In this document: positions 9,681-21,000 of the stretch, in pieces
Position numbering within the stretch: the stretch's first letter is position 1
How the letters are laid out: every line of letters starts with the position of its first letter
Assembly (NCBI GenBank): GCA_965637545.1
Contig: OZ281498.1
Span: 12,648,001-12,712,000 of the forward strand
Origin: Phallusia mammillata
Taxonomy: Eukaryota
DNA: 64,000 nt
Direction: 5' to 3'
Position numbers and translations under genes: made by a program
Notes under the pieces: generated by a model
What the model was told of the DNA's origin: nothing
The model's input: only the letters and a program-made list of their open reading frames with translations
Database searches by the model: none

Positions 9681-10528
9681 AAGCAGAATGCGGAAGCGTT
9701 GTCTGTTAAGCAGTGAGTATAACTAACACAAGATAGGTTGGCTAATTTCGGGTAGATGCCGCGCTCAATTACTTAAAAATAAATGCAGCTTTGGTCATGA
9801 ACTTGGCCGATTGGTACGGCGTGCCTGACCCATATACAGACGCAAAAAAACTGATGGGGATTCGTCCCCGGGAGTGTCCTGAGTTCGAACGCCGTGAAAC
9901 AAAATATAATGAAGGTTAGAGCTTTTGTAACAGGGTTGGTCCGAGGTTCATAATAAGGTTAACAAAAAAATCAACCGAAAACCCAGTTCTTAATGTTGAA
10001 TTTAGTTCCTAACCCTATACCAGTCACACTGCTAATTGAATTAAACTGCGCTCTTTACGCCATTTATCAGTATTTGGTAAACCGTTTCTCGTTTGAGTTC
10101 TTGTGTTAGTAGCTCTACCAAGCAGTGAAGTGTATTTAGGAGGTACGCTAGAAAGAGGCGTTCCTCGAAGTGAAAAAGTGGCGCTCCTCCAAAAAGGAAA
10201 ATGCGCTGTTTGCAGTTTGCTATGTGTTTGTTCAGTTTAAAATAAATAGCCCAAAGATTAAAATGTTTAATTTTGACATATTGGCTGGAATAAATGAGGG
10301 CTCAAAAACGTAAAACTATGTCATATTGTACAATGCATTTTTTTATTTGCCATCAATTACTAGTATCGAGTATGGGCTTACATTGACCTTTATGACTGAA
10401 CGAAGCAGTCACTGAAAAGAACAGCATAAGTCAACCAAAAATAAAAACTTAACACTGCATTATTAAAAGTAATACATTGTTTTGGGGCCAAAATGAAGAA
10501 AAGAGTAAGTATCCAATGCATAAAGTTG

Positions 10529-12838
10529 TCAACACAAATAGGACAATAGAAGAGACAGAAACTCGGCGATAATCTCTTGTGAATGAATGTCTTCCTGAGT
10601 TCTTATGGTGGTAATTTCCCATGTGTCTATAAACGTTACATACGAAATATCGGCAAACATTTCGCGCATAATCTGGTCAAACCGATACAAATACCATTCA
10701 CTTGGCAAAAACGTCATTAAACGTTTAAACCTAATTCCTGTTCGCAGGAAAAACCGCACCCCCGAATTTCTGTCCTATAGATCCTTTATGGCAACAAGCC
10801 GTTGAATAAAACCCGATGGATCATAGAGGGCAAAGTGGGCACCAATATTCAACACTACCAAAAAATCACCTGAAGAAGGCATTCCATCCAAAGTGTCGAC
10901 TATATATGGCTTGCTACCTGGTGGACCGGGATTGTGCAATGGCAAACCATGAGCTTTGTAATAAATTGTAATGTTATTTTTGTCATGTCGACCTTTGCGT
11001 GGTTGTGACCAGGCAACCGAATTATCAGGTCCAGTGTCTGTAAGTTTCATTTCAGCGACTAGATATGAATACCACTGTCTCATTGTGGAATCTCCAATTA
11101 AGTAGATTGTTCGGTTGGCCAGACAATCCATTGCGTTGGTCAAATTGTGATATGCCATGTTACATCGCAAGAACTTCCATTTTCCATCCAAGTAATAACC
11201 ACTTGGAAGATTGCTTGACGCTCTTCGAATAAGTTTTTTACACGGCGGTCGATCCGGGGAAGAATTGTCTGTTTGTTTGCTGGCGAAGATGAATTGACTT
11301 TGAATTGGCATTTCTCGGTTAATCTTTGTATTGTATAGTTCTTTACGGGCTGGAAATCTTGATGGTATTGTTATCCTTTTCGACCAAACTAAGTTTGTCG
11401 GGCAAGTCTCGTTGATGAGTTTGCGACACTGCCATGACGCGCCAACGTGTGGGTTTGAAAATTCGCACACATCGGAAACACTGTCGCTAAACAAAACAAA
11501 GCAGTTTAAAACAGATTTTTTACAGGAACAATTATGACATTATGCAATCCGTTTTAAGCAACAGATAACACGCAAAATTAAAGGCATTTTTTAAAAAATT
11601 CTTACAATGGTACTTGTTTGTTGTTCACTTTTATTTCACACATTATCATTATATTTTCTTAACCGCTCTTACAACTTTTGTTTGGTTTTTGCATTAGTCC
11701 ATTTCTTTAGTTTTCGTTTTATTACTGCCGTATATTTTCGCTCTTGTTACTTTTGATTCAATTTTTTTTAGTTTATACCTCGTTAAAACTGTTGACCACC
11801 GGCGAAACGTAACAAAACAAATTCGTATTTTACAGAGTTTTTTAATTTCAAAGCATCAAACATCTGGTAAATGAGACAAATCGAGATTTACTTTTAAATT
11901 ATAAACCTCACGTAAACAGTTGTTTGTCTTGAATTTTCTTTTGTTGACTTAGTTATAAATTGTGTCAAACTTCTTTGATCCGAAAATCTGTAGCATTCAA
12001 TACCTTAGATGCACGTCACATTCCACTTTGCTCCCTGAAGGATAAGTACCCAGAAACCTGACGATATCAGCAGATCTGGAATTTGTTCTCAACGCAAGGT
12101 CAACCACAGCCTCGCTAGGATGTACAAGCTCTACATCAAGTTTACAGAGACCGGGCCACGGCATAACAGTACTCCAAGTGTATTTCCCATTGGCGTGGTC
12201 CAAAATGTCAACATATATTCCATCTTGCACATTCGAATTATTTCTCATCAATCTGCGAAAATTAGAAAATCAACTTAAACCCCTTTATGATTTATTTGAA
12301 CAGGTCTTTATTGTGTTTTCAGGGTTGACCTTTTGCGTAATAAAGGTGTACAAACAGATTTTGCAAAATGTATTACGTCTTGAATGACTTTTAAACAAAT
12401 AATGGGTCAACGGTTTAGGTTTCAAAAACGTTCTGTATACCTTGCTCTAAAGTAGTCACCACCATACATTTTGTCATTACCATTGTAATCTCTGGCTTGG
12501 ATTTCACCTGTCACTTTTTCACCGACAGTACATGTGCTTTTGTCCACAGTGACCAAGACATGACGTGGGTCTGTTGACGTAGTTATTGGTAAATTCATTT
12601 TAATTTTCCCGGATTCAATGTTGTGTAGAAATTGCTGAATCCCAGGCAAGTATTTCCTCCATTTATAACTTCCAAAAATATTTTTTCGTTGAACGTCAGG
12701 CATCTTATTGCCACTGCTAGTCCAACCGGTGAAATATTTGGATTTAATCACATTCGTGTACTTCCAGTATATGGTTGATAGAAGCATCATTGCAGTGAAA
12801 AGAGTCACGAAACGCATGAAAATTATTCGAACTCTCAT
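10529..12838 (-). pseudogene. NXPE: NXPE family (neurexophilin/PC-esterase, SGNH-like) gene with one in-frame stop; 3 coding exons
   Basis: Exons 12838-12441, 12252-12004 and 11486-10529, with GT-AG boundaries and consistent phase (1605 nt). N-terminal TM anchor, then Ig/filamin-like ARDYNGNDKMYGGDYFRAR and DHANGKY...LVHPSEAV. GDSTMRQW motif; C-terminal IDTWE...EDIH...LLSYLC*. In-frame TAG at 10775-10777 (AIKDL*DRNSGVRFFLRT). Confidence 0.85.
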
Positions 12839-13244
12839 TTTGATTTCTTTTCCTGAAACAAAATAACAAGTAACAACCACCGTTAAGGTTTACTGCAAAA
12901 ACTGCTGCTAAGTCAGTCTGTACTTTTTGTATGATTTCTTTAAGCATCCTTATCTCACGAAACAAACAAAATAAAAATATTGTTTTCCTTCACTATAGCC
13001 GAGGTATAGTTTAATGCAACATACAGTATAAACACCATTTTCAGGCTGCTTCAAATGGTAAGTCTAACTGAATAAACACACACACAAAATGTGTGTTTCA
13101 TTTAGTTCCAATAATTTTAATCAAATAAAACAGAAGCCGGAAAACCTGATTTTAACTGTTATCATAACACATTCAAAACAACGGAGTCGGTTCATGGAAA
13201 ACCATCTCTAACCCAACCGATAGTAAACTGCACCCTGCAGTTAA

Positions 13245-13385
13245 TTTGTGCTGTAAAACAAACACTAAACCGATACTAAATACAAAACCTGCGAGGCCTG
13301 TGTACAGCTCAGATATTCACAGCCACTGTTTCCGCAACGTAATTCGAACATTAGCTACACTCGCGCTTATTTTGTCACATTTATT
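13245..13385 (-). promoter_or_regulatory. Upstream element of the NXPE gene, homologous to 9541-9680
   Basis: cctgtgtacag 13297-13307, actgtttccgcaacgtaa 13325-13342, ttattttgtcaca 13367-13379; same order and near-identical spacing as the copy upstream of NTase-TPR B. Confidence 0.55.
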
Positions 13386-15067
13386 TTTGATTTTTAGAAA
13401 TCACAACCAACGTAAATTTGTTGTTATGTAAGCCCGAAATTCATTTAAACTAAAAAATACGAATCTTTGGCTTATAAACTGCCTAGATGTCAAATCTTTC
13501 CATATAGTTTCAAGACCTATAAAGCAAACCAAAAAATGCAATTCCTTTAAATCAAAGCTAAAACTTATATCTCTTTAAACTCTTCATTGCATGAATTTCA
13601 TGTAGCTATGAACTGCTGGCACTAATTCACCACCTGTGCACGTTTGCCCATCAAAGTCGGTTTAAGGTCAAGTGAAAATGTCATCACAGACTACACGAAT
13701 TAGCCTTAGCTTCGGGGTGACCGACGAATCTGTCTTCTTCGCAACATCAAATTTTCCAAAATAATATAAAATTACTCGGAAACAGCGGCAGATTATCAGA
13801 AAAATATATTTTTTGAAACAAAATTATTAATTTCGCCTGCTTATGAAAGACATCCTTATTTTCCGTCCAATAGAGAGAAAAAAACATTAAAAGCAACTTT
13901 GAATTTACAAGTTAAATATTAAACTATATTCGTCGGCGAAACCAACTAGTGCCAATAGAAACAATGGAGAAGTTGCTCAGCAAAGACCAATGCTAACAAA
14001 CTGCAAGACAAGGACCAATAAAGGTGTGACCAACAAGCAAACAATGTATAGTGATGAAAAAGGTGATGACGTATATAGGCGATAAACATGTTCACTATCA
14101 TTTTGGAACCGTTATTTCTTCGGAAGCTGAAGGTCATCTGAACAAGTAGGACGCTGTTTCATGCACAGTAATGAGACATTTAAATTAAAATATTTTTATA
14201 CATTAACACTCATGGGCGTCCGCAGCGGGGGGCAAGAGGGGGTGCGTGCCCTGTTACTGGATGTGTCAAAAAGCCATTATGTAATATCTTCCCTGTATCT
14301 GTTGTTACATCTGATGAGGTTTGTTTATGTAAATCCCACTTCCGTTAAAAATCGTTTGCCAACCTTCCACATACTTCAGTAATAGTTAATATTGTGCTCA
14401 TTGTATTATTTTGCTACACTGGAATTGGCAAGAATGAGTAGGACAATCAGAAACTTACAGCCAATCAGCGACATGCAAAATGAAGTCATATTTATACATG
14501 AGGTTAAGATTACAAATTATTACTTCCGTTAGATAGCACTGTTCAACAAAAAAGAACTGCAGTCACGCTTTACTGAACAGGCGCGTGGCAGAGATTTTTT
14601 TCCCTTTGGCAAGATTGCCGCGCCAGACAAGAGCGTGTTTTGTAGAAGCAGGCCGGAGTAGTTGAGGGAAGGTGTGCAAAACAGAGGGACTCAATGTACG
14701 CTGTGGAGATTTCGTGTAGCTTATCATAGCTATGAAGTAGTTTCCGTAGCCAGATTTGTCAATGGCAGTATATGACACTGTGCAGTCAGAATGATACATT
14801 TGACGCTGAATGTCGACCCATATCATTCAGTATTTCCTGTGAACTAGGCGTTACTCATATTGTAAACAATGCAACGCTTTGGCTATTGGCCATTGTTGAT
14901 TAACAAAACCTGTTCTAAGAATAATGTTATAATACGTTACTGGTACAAGTTTGTGTTCCAGATTAGGCGGATTTTACTGTAACAAAGAGACTGTGGATAC
15001 ATTTTGAGCAACGTTATTGTTGCCCAGAACGTGGATTATTGAGACAATCATATTTCATCAGTGTGCC

Positions 15068-18000
15068 ATGAATTCACACAATATTTTTGGTCAACTTTGG
15101 GCTAACAGTTTGGTGTACTTCAGCCTTGTTCATATGTTTGTCATTGTTTCTGCAAACGTTGGTAAGTAATTTTAATTGTTCATCTTGACAAGATTTGTAA
15201 TAGTAGTAAGCTACAACAGCTAGTAACCATGTTATGTTGATAAGTGAAATAGTTTATAGGGCATACACTGAATGCACTTTAGTTATGCTTGTGGTACTGT
15301 GGTGTGTTAAATCAATTAAGCGTTACATGCAAACTAATGGCAATTCAAACTAACATTGGGTTCTTGCCTCGTTTGAATACCGATCTTATGGCTAAACTTT
15401 TTTGGCAAAGAATTCCATTTGTGTCAACAAATTGAATGTAAGAATGTAAGGGTAAATGAATATAAAATCCGTATGTTTACTTTTTTCGTGTGACCCTTTC
15501 TGATGTGATCTTTAATTTGCAGAAGAGTTGTACGATACGAAATCTCGAACAAGCGACCTGCTGTGGACGAAATATCCGGAAAGCGGCGGTGTAAGTTTAT
15601 TTGTTGTGGAAAAACGTATTACTCGCTGTAGCTTTACCCATGGGCGGGCCGCGTTCCACAGAACAACATGCGGCGTGAGAATCGACTCTATTACCACGCG
15701 GCATATCATTAAGTTAATTAGAGCAGCAAATTTGTGGAAACGGACACTAGCCGAGACGAACTTTCTTGTGGACGCGCATTTGTTGTTTCGAAACAATTAA
15801 ATGGTGTCATAGATTTCTAATGTTACTAATTAAAGACATAAACTATGCTGGACTTCAAAGATGCAATGTTTTACAATCGAATACAATTGTAATACATTTT
15901 TTTACAATTCACGCAATATCATGTGAATCTTTCTTTTAGTGTGTCGCCAATATAAGAAATAGAAATACCATGGTGCCTTAGATTGATCACACTTTTTTCC
16001 CTACTAGTGGGAAGAAGTAACCGGGTTGAGTTTGGAACGGGATTCAATTCGATATCACCAGGTTTGCAACGCGGTTACCAACCCAAGCAATTGGATACGA
16101 TCTCCCTACATTGAATCCAAGTAAGCTCATTTGCTACGACACTGGCGACTCTGGCCGACGCTTTGTTTACGATTTGTGCTTCCGTCCGCTCTAGATAACA
16201 GCCTGACACTTGGTTTTATTGGCTGTCAAAAGAGGTCTTGCACCGGACGAATTACTGTGTCATGTTTGCTTGGTTTAGTTCGATCTTCGATGTGGCTAAG
16301 AATTATTTTCAGAATTCTAATCTTATACAAAAATACCTTTTACATAATTTTCATTATTTTAAGTCCACTTTATAATGTAAAGCAACTTTTCATTTTGTGG
16401 AAATGCTGCTTCCTAGTTTGCGTTTTAAGAATGCCATTATTGTTCGGGTCAGATTTCGAGAATTTATAGTGTTACTAAAATACCGTGTATAATTTTACTG
16501 GTGTTACTAAGTCCGTGTAGGGTAGGGGTGTCCAAACTGCGACCCGCGGGCCAAATGCGGCCCCCGACGGCATTTTAAGTGGCCCGCGGCTGTTTTTTTT
16601 AAAATTGTTTTGCGTATGGCCCGCCATAGTTTGGAACTTTGGATTAAGTTTTTGGGTTTTAGCGATGCTACATCACGCAAAAGCTTTCCATGGAACTTCA
16701 TTTACCCGCGGTAAAAAGGAAGGTGCTGACTCAACAAAATCACAAAATTTCCTTAAATCCTGTAAATTTGTGTCTTAATTCTGAAAAAACGTTGGCCCGC
16801 GGGCATCTTTACCTGGTAAAATTTGGCCCCCGTTAAAAAAAGCTTGGACACCCCTGGTGTAGGGTGTTAAAATGCATTCCTGTGCCAACCTACTCTTTTT
16901 TTCAGGGGTGCGAAACGAGCTTATATTGACGTGGAGTTTTCTATGGTAAAATGTGAAGAGTTGCAAACTGGATGTAGCGAAACTTTTAATCTCTTCTACT
17001 ACGAGTCGGATACCGATCAGTCTTCTAGCACTTTCCCACCATGGAGGGAAAACCCGTATGTGAAGATTGACACGATAGCAGCAGGTGAACGGTTCAGCAA
17101 CATCGAGTTCAGCAGAGAAGAAGGAATGAACCGCAAAACTTGGACACTAGGTCCGCTTACCAGGTACGGAAATTTTATCACAATTTTCCTGTTCTTCCAG
17201 CTTTTTTGTTATAGTTGTTCTGGAAATTGTTACATTAAAATAAATAAAACGTTAATAAATTGGAAAGAACGAACTGTTTTGATTTGAAGCACCTCCATTA
17301 AAAGCACTGTTTAGCATTTCCACTGCATAAAAAAAACTGTTTTTAGTCCTGTAGGTAGGAAACATTAGAGCAGGTATTATATATTGATTGTATGTTTCCA
17401 TTCATGTTCCATCGATTGTTGACCACCAGGCCCATTATGTCTCAAAATGACGGTATTCCAACAGGCGCGGGTTTTATCTGGCAGCTGAGGACAAGGGGGC
17501 TTGCATGTCGTTAATGAGAGTGCGCGTCTATTCTTATTATTGCCCGAATGTGACAAACTCGTTGGCCAAGTTTCCTCGAACTGTTGCTGGTAACGACGTC
17601 GCTTCTCTGGTGGAAGTTCCGGGAAAATGTGTCCAGTATGCCAACTCCACTGCATTGGAAGGTAAAGTGTCAAATTTTGTTAATTCCAATACAAAATGAT
17701 TCATTAGCTCAAAATATTACCCATGTTGCCTAATAAATGAATTCATAAAAATTGGTTGTATCTAAAAACTAAACATCGGATTGTTTCTTATTTAGCATCC
17801 TTGCTTTGTGTAAATGCTTTGCCAGCAGCTAACGTTACAACGTACAGTAACCCATGAAGCAATAATGACCTCTGCTATCGGCAATTATACTCACAATCAC
17901 ACGGCCTTCCCTTTTCATCTAACAGCACCTCGTTATTACTGCAACAGCAACGGCGAATGGAAGGTCCGCACTGGAGTGTGTCACTGCAAGCCGGGTTATC

Positions 18001-21000
18001 AAGCAAACAGCCTTCTGACAAGTTGCGAAGGTACGCCTCGTGTTATGGTGCTATTATCAGCATCCATGTGTCGTTAGTGAAGGAATTTCAAGTGGCACTT
18101 AATAAGCGAAAGCCGCCGCGATGAGCGGTGACGATGCAAGTCCTGCTGGAGCACTTTCTTATCTACACAAAATTGTACCCTGACGTAACTTGCCATTTCT
18201 GTTAGTGAATAAGATTTGAAGGCAGTAGGTCATACAAGACTTCAAAGATTTATTGTTAGATGCAAATTTTTCACTTTCATGTTTTTGGTTTGTTTGTCCA
18301 AACAAAGCAAAGCGCTTTAGATTTGTTGGAGTGATAATCTCGTCGAAAATTTACTATTTCCCCATTATATGCTTTTGATCGTTTCACACAGAAATGTCAT
18401 GGACCAATTCGCCTTTCGATAAGCATCAACTTACGCATGTGCCATAACTTCCGACAACAAATTGCTGAAGGGGCTGCAAAATTTTCGTTAGATGCCATGC
18501 TTTTCCCAAAAAGTAAATGTTATATGTCTAGTTAGTACTTTTGGGATGTTTGCACAGTCAAGGCCGAGGCGTCTTACTATCCCCGCAACGACCGTTAATG
18601 GTCCCAACTCTTTATGTCTGTATAAGCGTGTCGCGGCATGTCTTGTCAGTCCAACGATCTTGTCGCCACGACAAACAAGGCCACAAGGCAAAAAATTCTT
18701 CGGACTATTTTTGTCAGCAAGTATCGAAATCAACAAGCGATCTTGACTGTTTGAAACGCGAGCTTTTTGTGGCTTGGTTAACATTCCTCGCCAGAGGACT
18801 AGTCCTGTTGCTTTCGATATCGTGTGTGAGTTGATCGTTAAAAAGTCAAGTGGTTCGTTTCCCTTTGCTTGATTCCACCTGCCGCACGTGACGCTGCCCC
18901 TCAAGGGCTCTGGTCTTTTGTTGCATGAGATGGTTTTCTGTTCCACGGGTGTGTTTCATCGCAAATTGTTTTCGTCCCAGGCGACAAGCGCATATGAAGA
19001 CCATACGTATTTTGTACGTATGCTATTTTAGAAACCAAGACGTCAGTTTATCTTATCTTGCTCCACAAAAAATGCTAACGGTTTAATCTACGATAAATGA
19101 CAGCATTTCGATTTGTCCTGGCTAATGTCCTATAGACAGGGGTACGCATTAATTTGTTTGCCTTCGAAAGGGTGAACAAATGTATTACATGCCGATAAGG
19201 GTTAGAAAACCAATGTCCTTCCAACTATTGAGCCCTGACATATTAATGACCGTATAGTATAAGAACAAGTAGCATGGGATTTGAAACACATGGGGCAAAT
19301 TATTTGGAATCATTTTAGAATCACTTATCATTCTACACTTGCATCGCTTTAGTAGATATTTACCACTGATACATTTCGAGATATTGGTCTTTCAAGACAA
19401 AAATATATTTTTCATGTATAGGTTGTTAATTGCGCCACGTCTATTATGTCTCGTAATGATTTTTCATGTTGGTTTTCATGTTGATCTATAAAGGAACATA
19501 GGGTTCGATCCTTGCTATGTTTCCCATTGCGCTATAATTATTACCAGACATTCGGGTCGTGTGACCGAAATTCCTCGCTATGTCCAATAAGCGTTCCCTG
19601 TTTGTTGTCGTCCCGACCTTTCACCACATTGGAACAATTCAAACTCCGTAATCCATACTCGCAACAATGCGTCGCGATGTCCCAAAGTGACGTAACGCAT
19701 CCGACGGGGACTACACGCTTGTGAGATGTTCCAATTCATAACATAATGAGAACGGAATCGTTTGTGTTAAATGTCGCCACACGGACGCCAATGGTGGCGG
19801 TTTTGGCGACATTTGCACCATGGAAACCTTCCGTCGCCGCTGTTGTAATTTATGTGCTTGTACAAACTTGTGTATTGTACAAACTTCAGGACCACGGAGA
19901 GAAAATTGTTGCACTCAAAGATATTACCATTTTACACGCATAAACTTGAAAATGTAAAGCATTTTTGTGGGACGGTGGTGTAATTGGTCACTCCACGTGT
20001 TTTAATAACGTTTGAGTTAGGACGCGATGATAACAAAATATCCTTGTACCTGTTTGGACCAGATTTTCCTACGTGTCATAACAACACTTAAAAAACCTTT
20101 ACATTAAAAATCAAAAGTTGGTCAATTGTGTTTTAAGCTTTCGAATCGAGCTGGTCCAAACTTTTTTAGTCGATCCACTGACTTGTCGTCAAAGGCATCT
20201 GACTTCCTAATGCATTAGGCATCCACATTACGCCCAGCATTTGAATGAAGTAGCTTTGATATTACGTTGGCACTCGCCACGTTTCAGTGCCGCTGCATAA
20301 CCAATGTGACTGAACTGCTAAGCGTTGCTCCAGCGCGGTCTATTCAGTTGAATTTAGCCGAGGCCAGGACTTAGAAATACTTTCAAATGACGAATAATAA
20401 TTGCACAACAATCCCAACTTAAACTTTCATGGTTTAATGCTTACTTTTGAAACTTTAAATGTTTTACCGTTGTAATTAAAAGCCTGGGAGGCGTTGCGTG
20501 TTGATGTATTGTATTTTACCTACCCAACTGTTCGATGCATTATGTTGTATGTGTTGACGCCAGTCATCTAAAGCCTAATTTTATTAGTTCATAACCAAAG
20601 TTAACTGGAATCCTATATAAAAAAATCCTAATAAATGGCATCCTGCTATTTAGGAATAATGTAATTACCCTTATCTCAAGTAGAGACGGTTAACAGTATA
20701 ACGACTTGTCGCCTGTTTACTCTCCACCCGTCACGAGTGATTTACGTCCCCTTAAACCGATCAATCGATAAAACATGCTTGGATCTGCCACTGGCATGGG
20801 TCGCCCTTCCGACATTGCTCGTCACTTGGAAACCGGAGACTTTGACCAACGACAGTTATCGCATTCCATCGCATCTCGGGCTTCGATCGCATATGTGACG
20901 TCATTATAGTGTTTTCAGACATTCCGTCTCGATGTTATGCTTCTTTGGGGTTAATGACTTGTTTGGCGTAGCCCTGGGCCTTTTTGTACACATGATATTG

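Noticed and set aside
14210-14255. catgggcgtccgcagcggggggcaagagggg, resembling a MITE terminus
   Set aside because: No matching opposite terminus or TSD found; cannot delimit an element.
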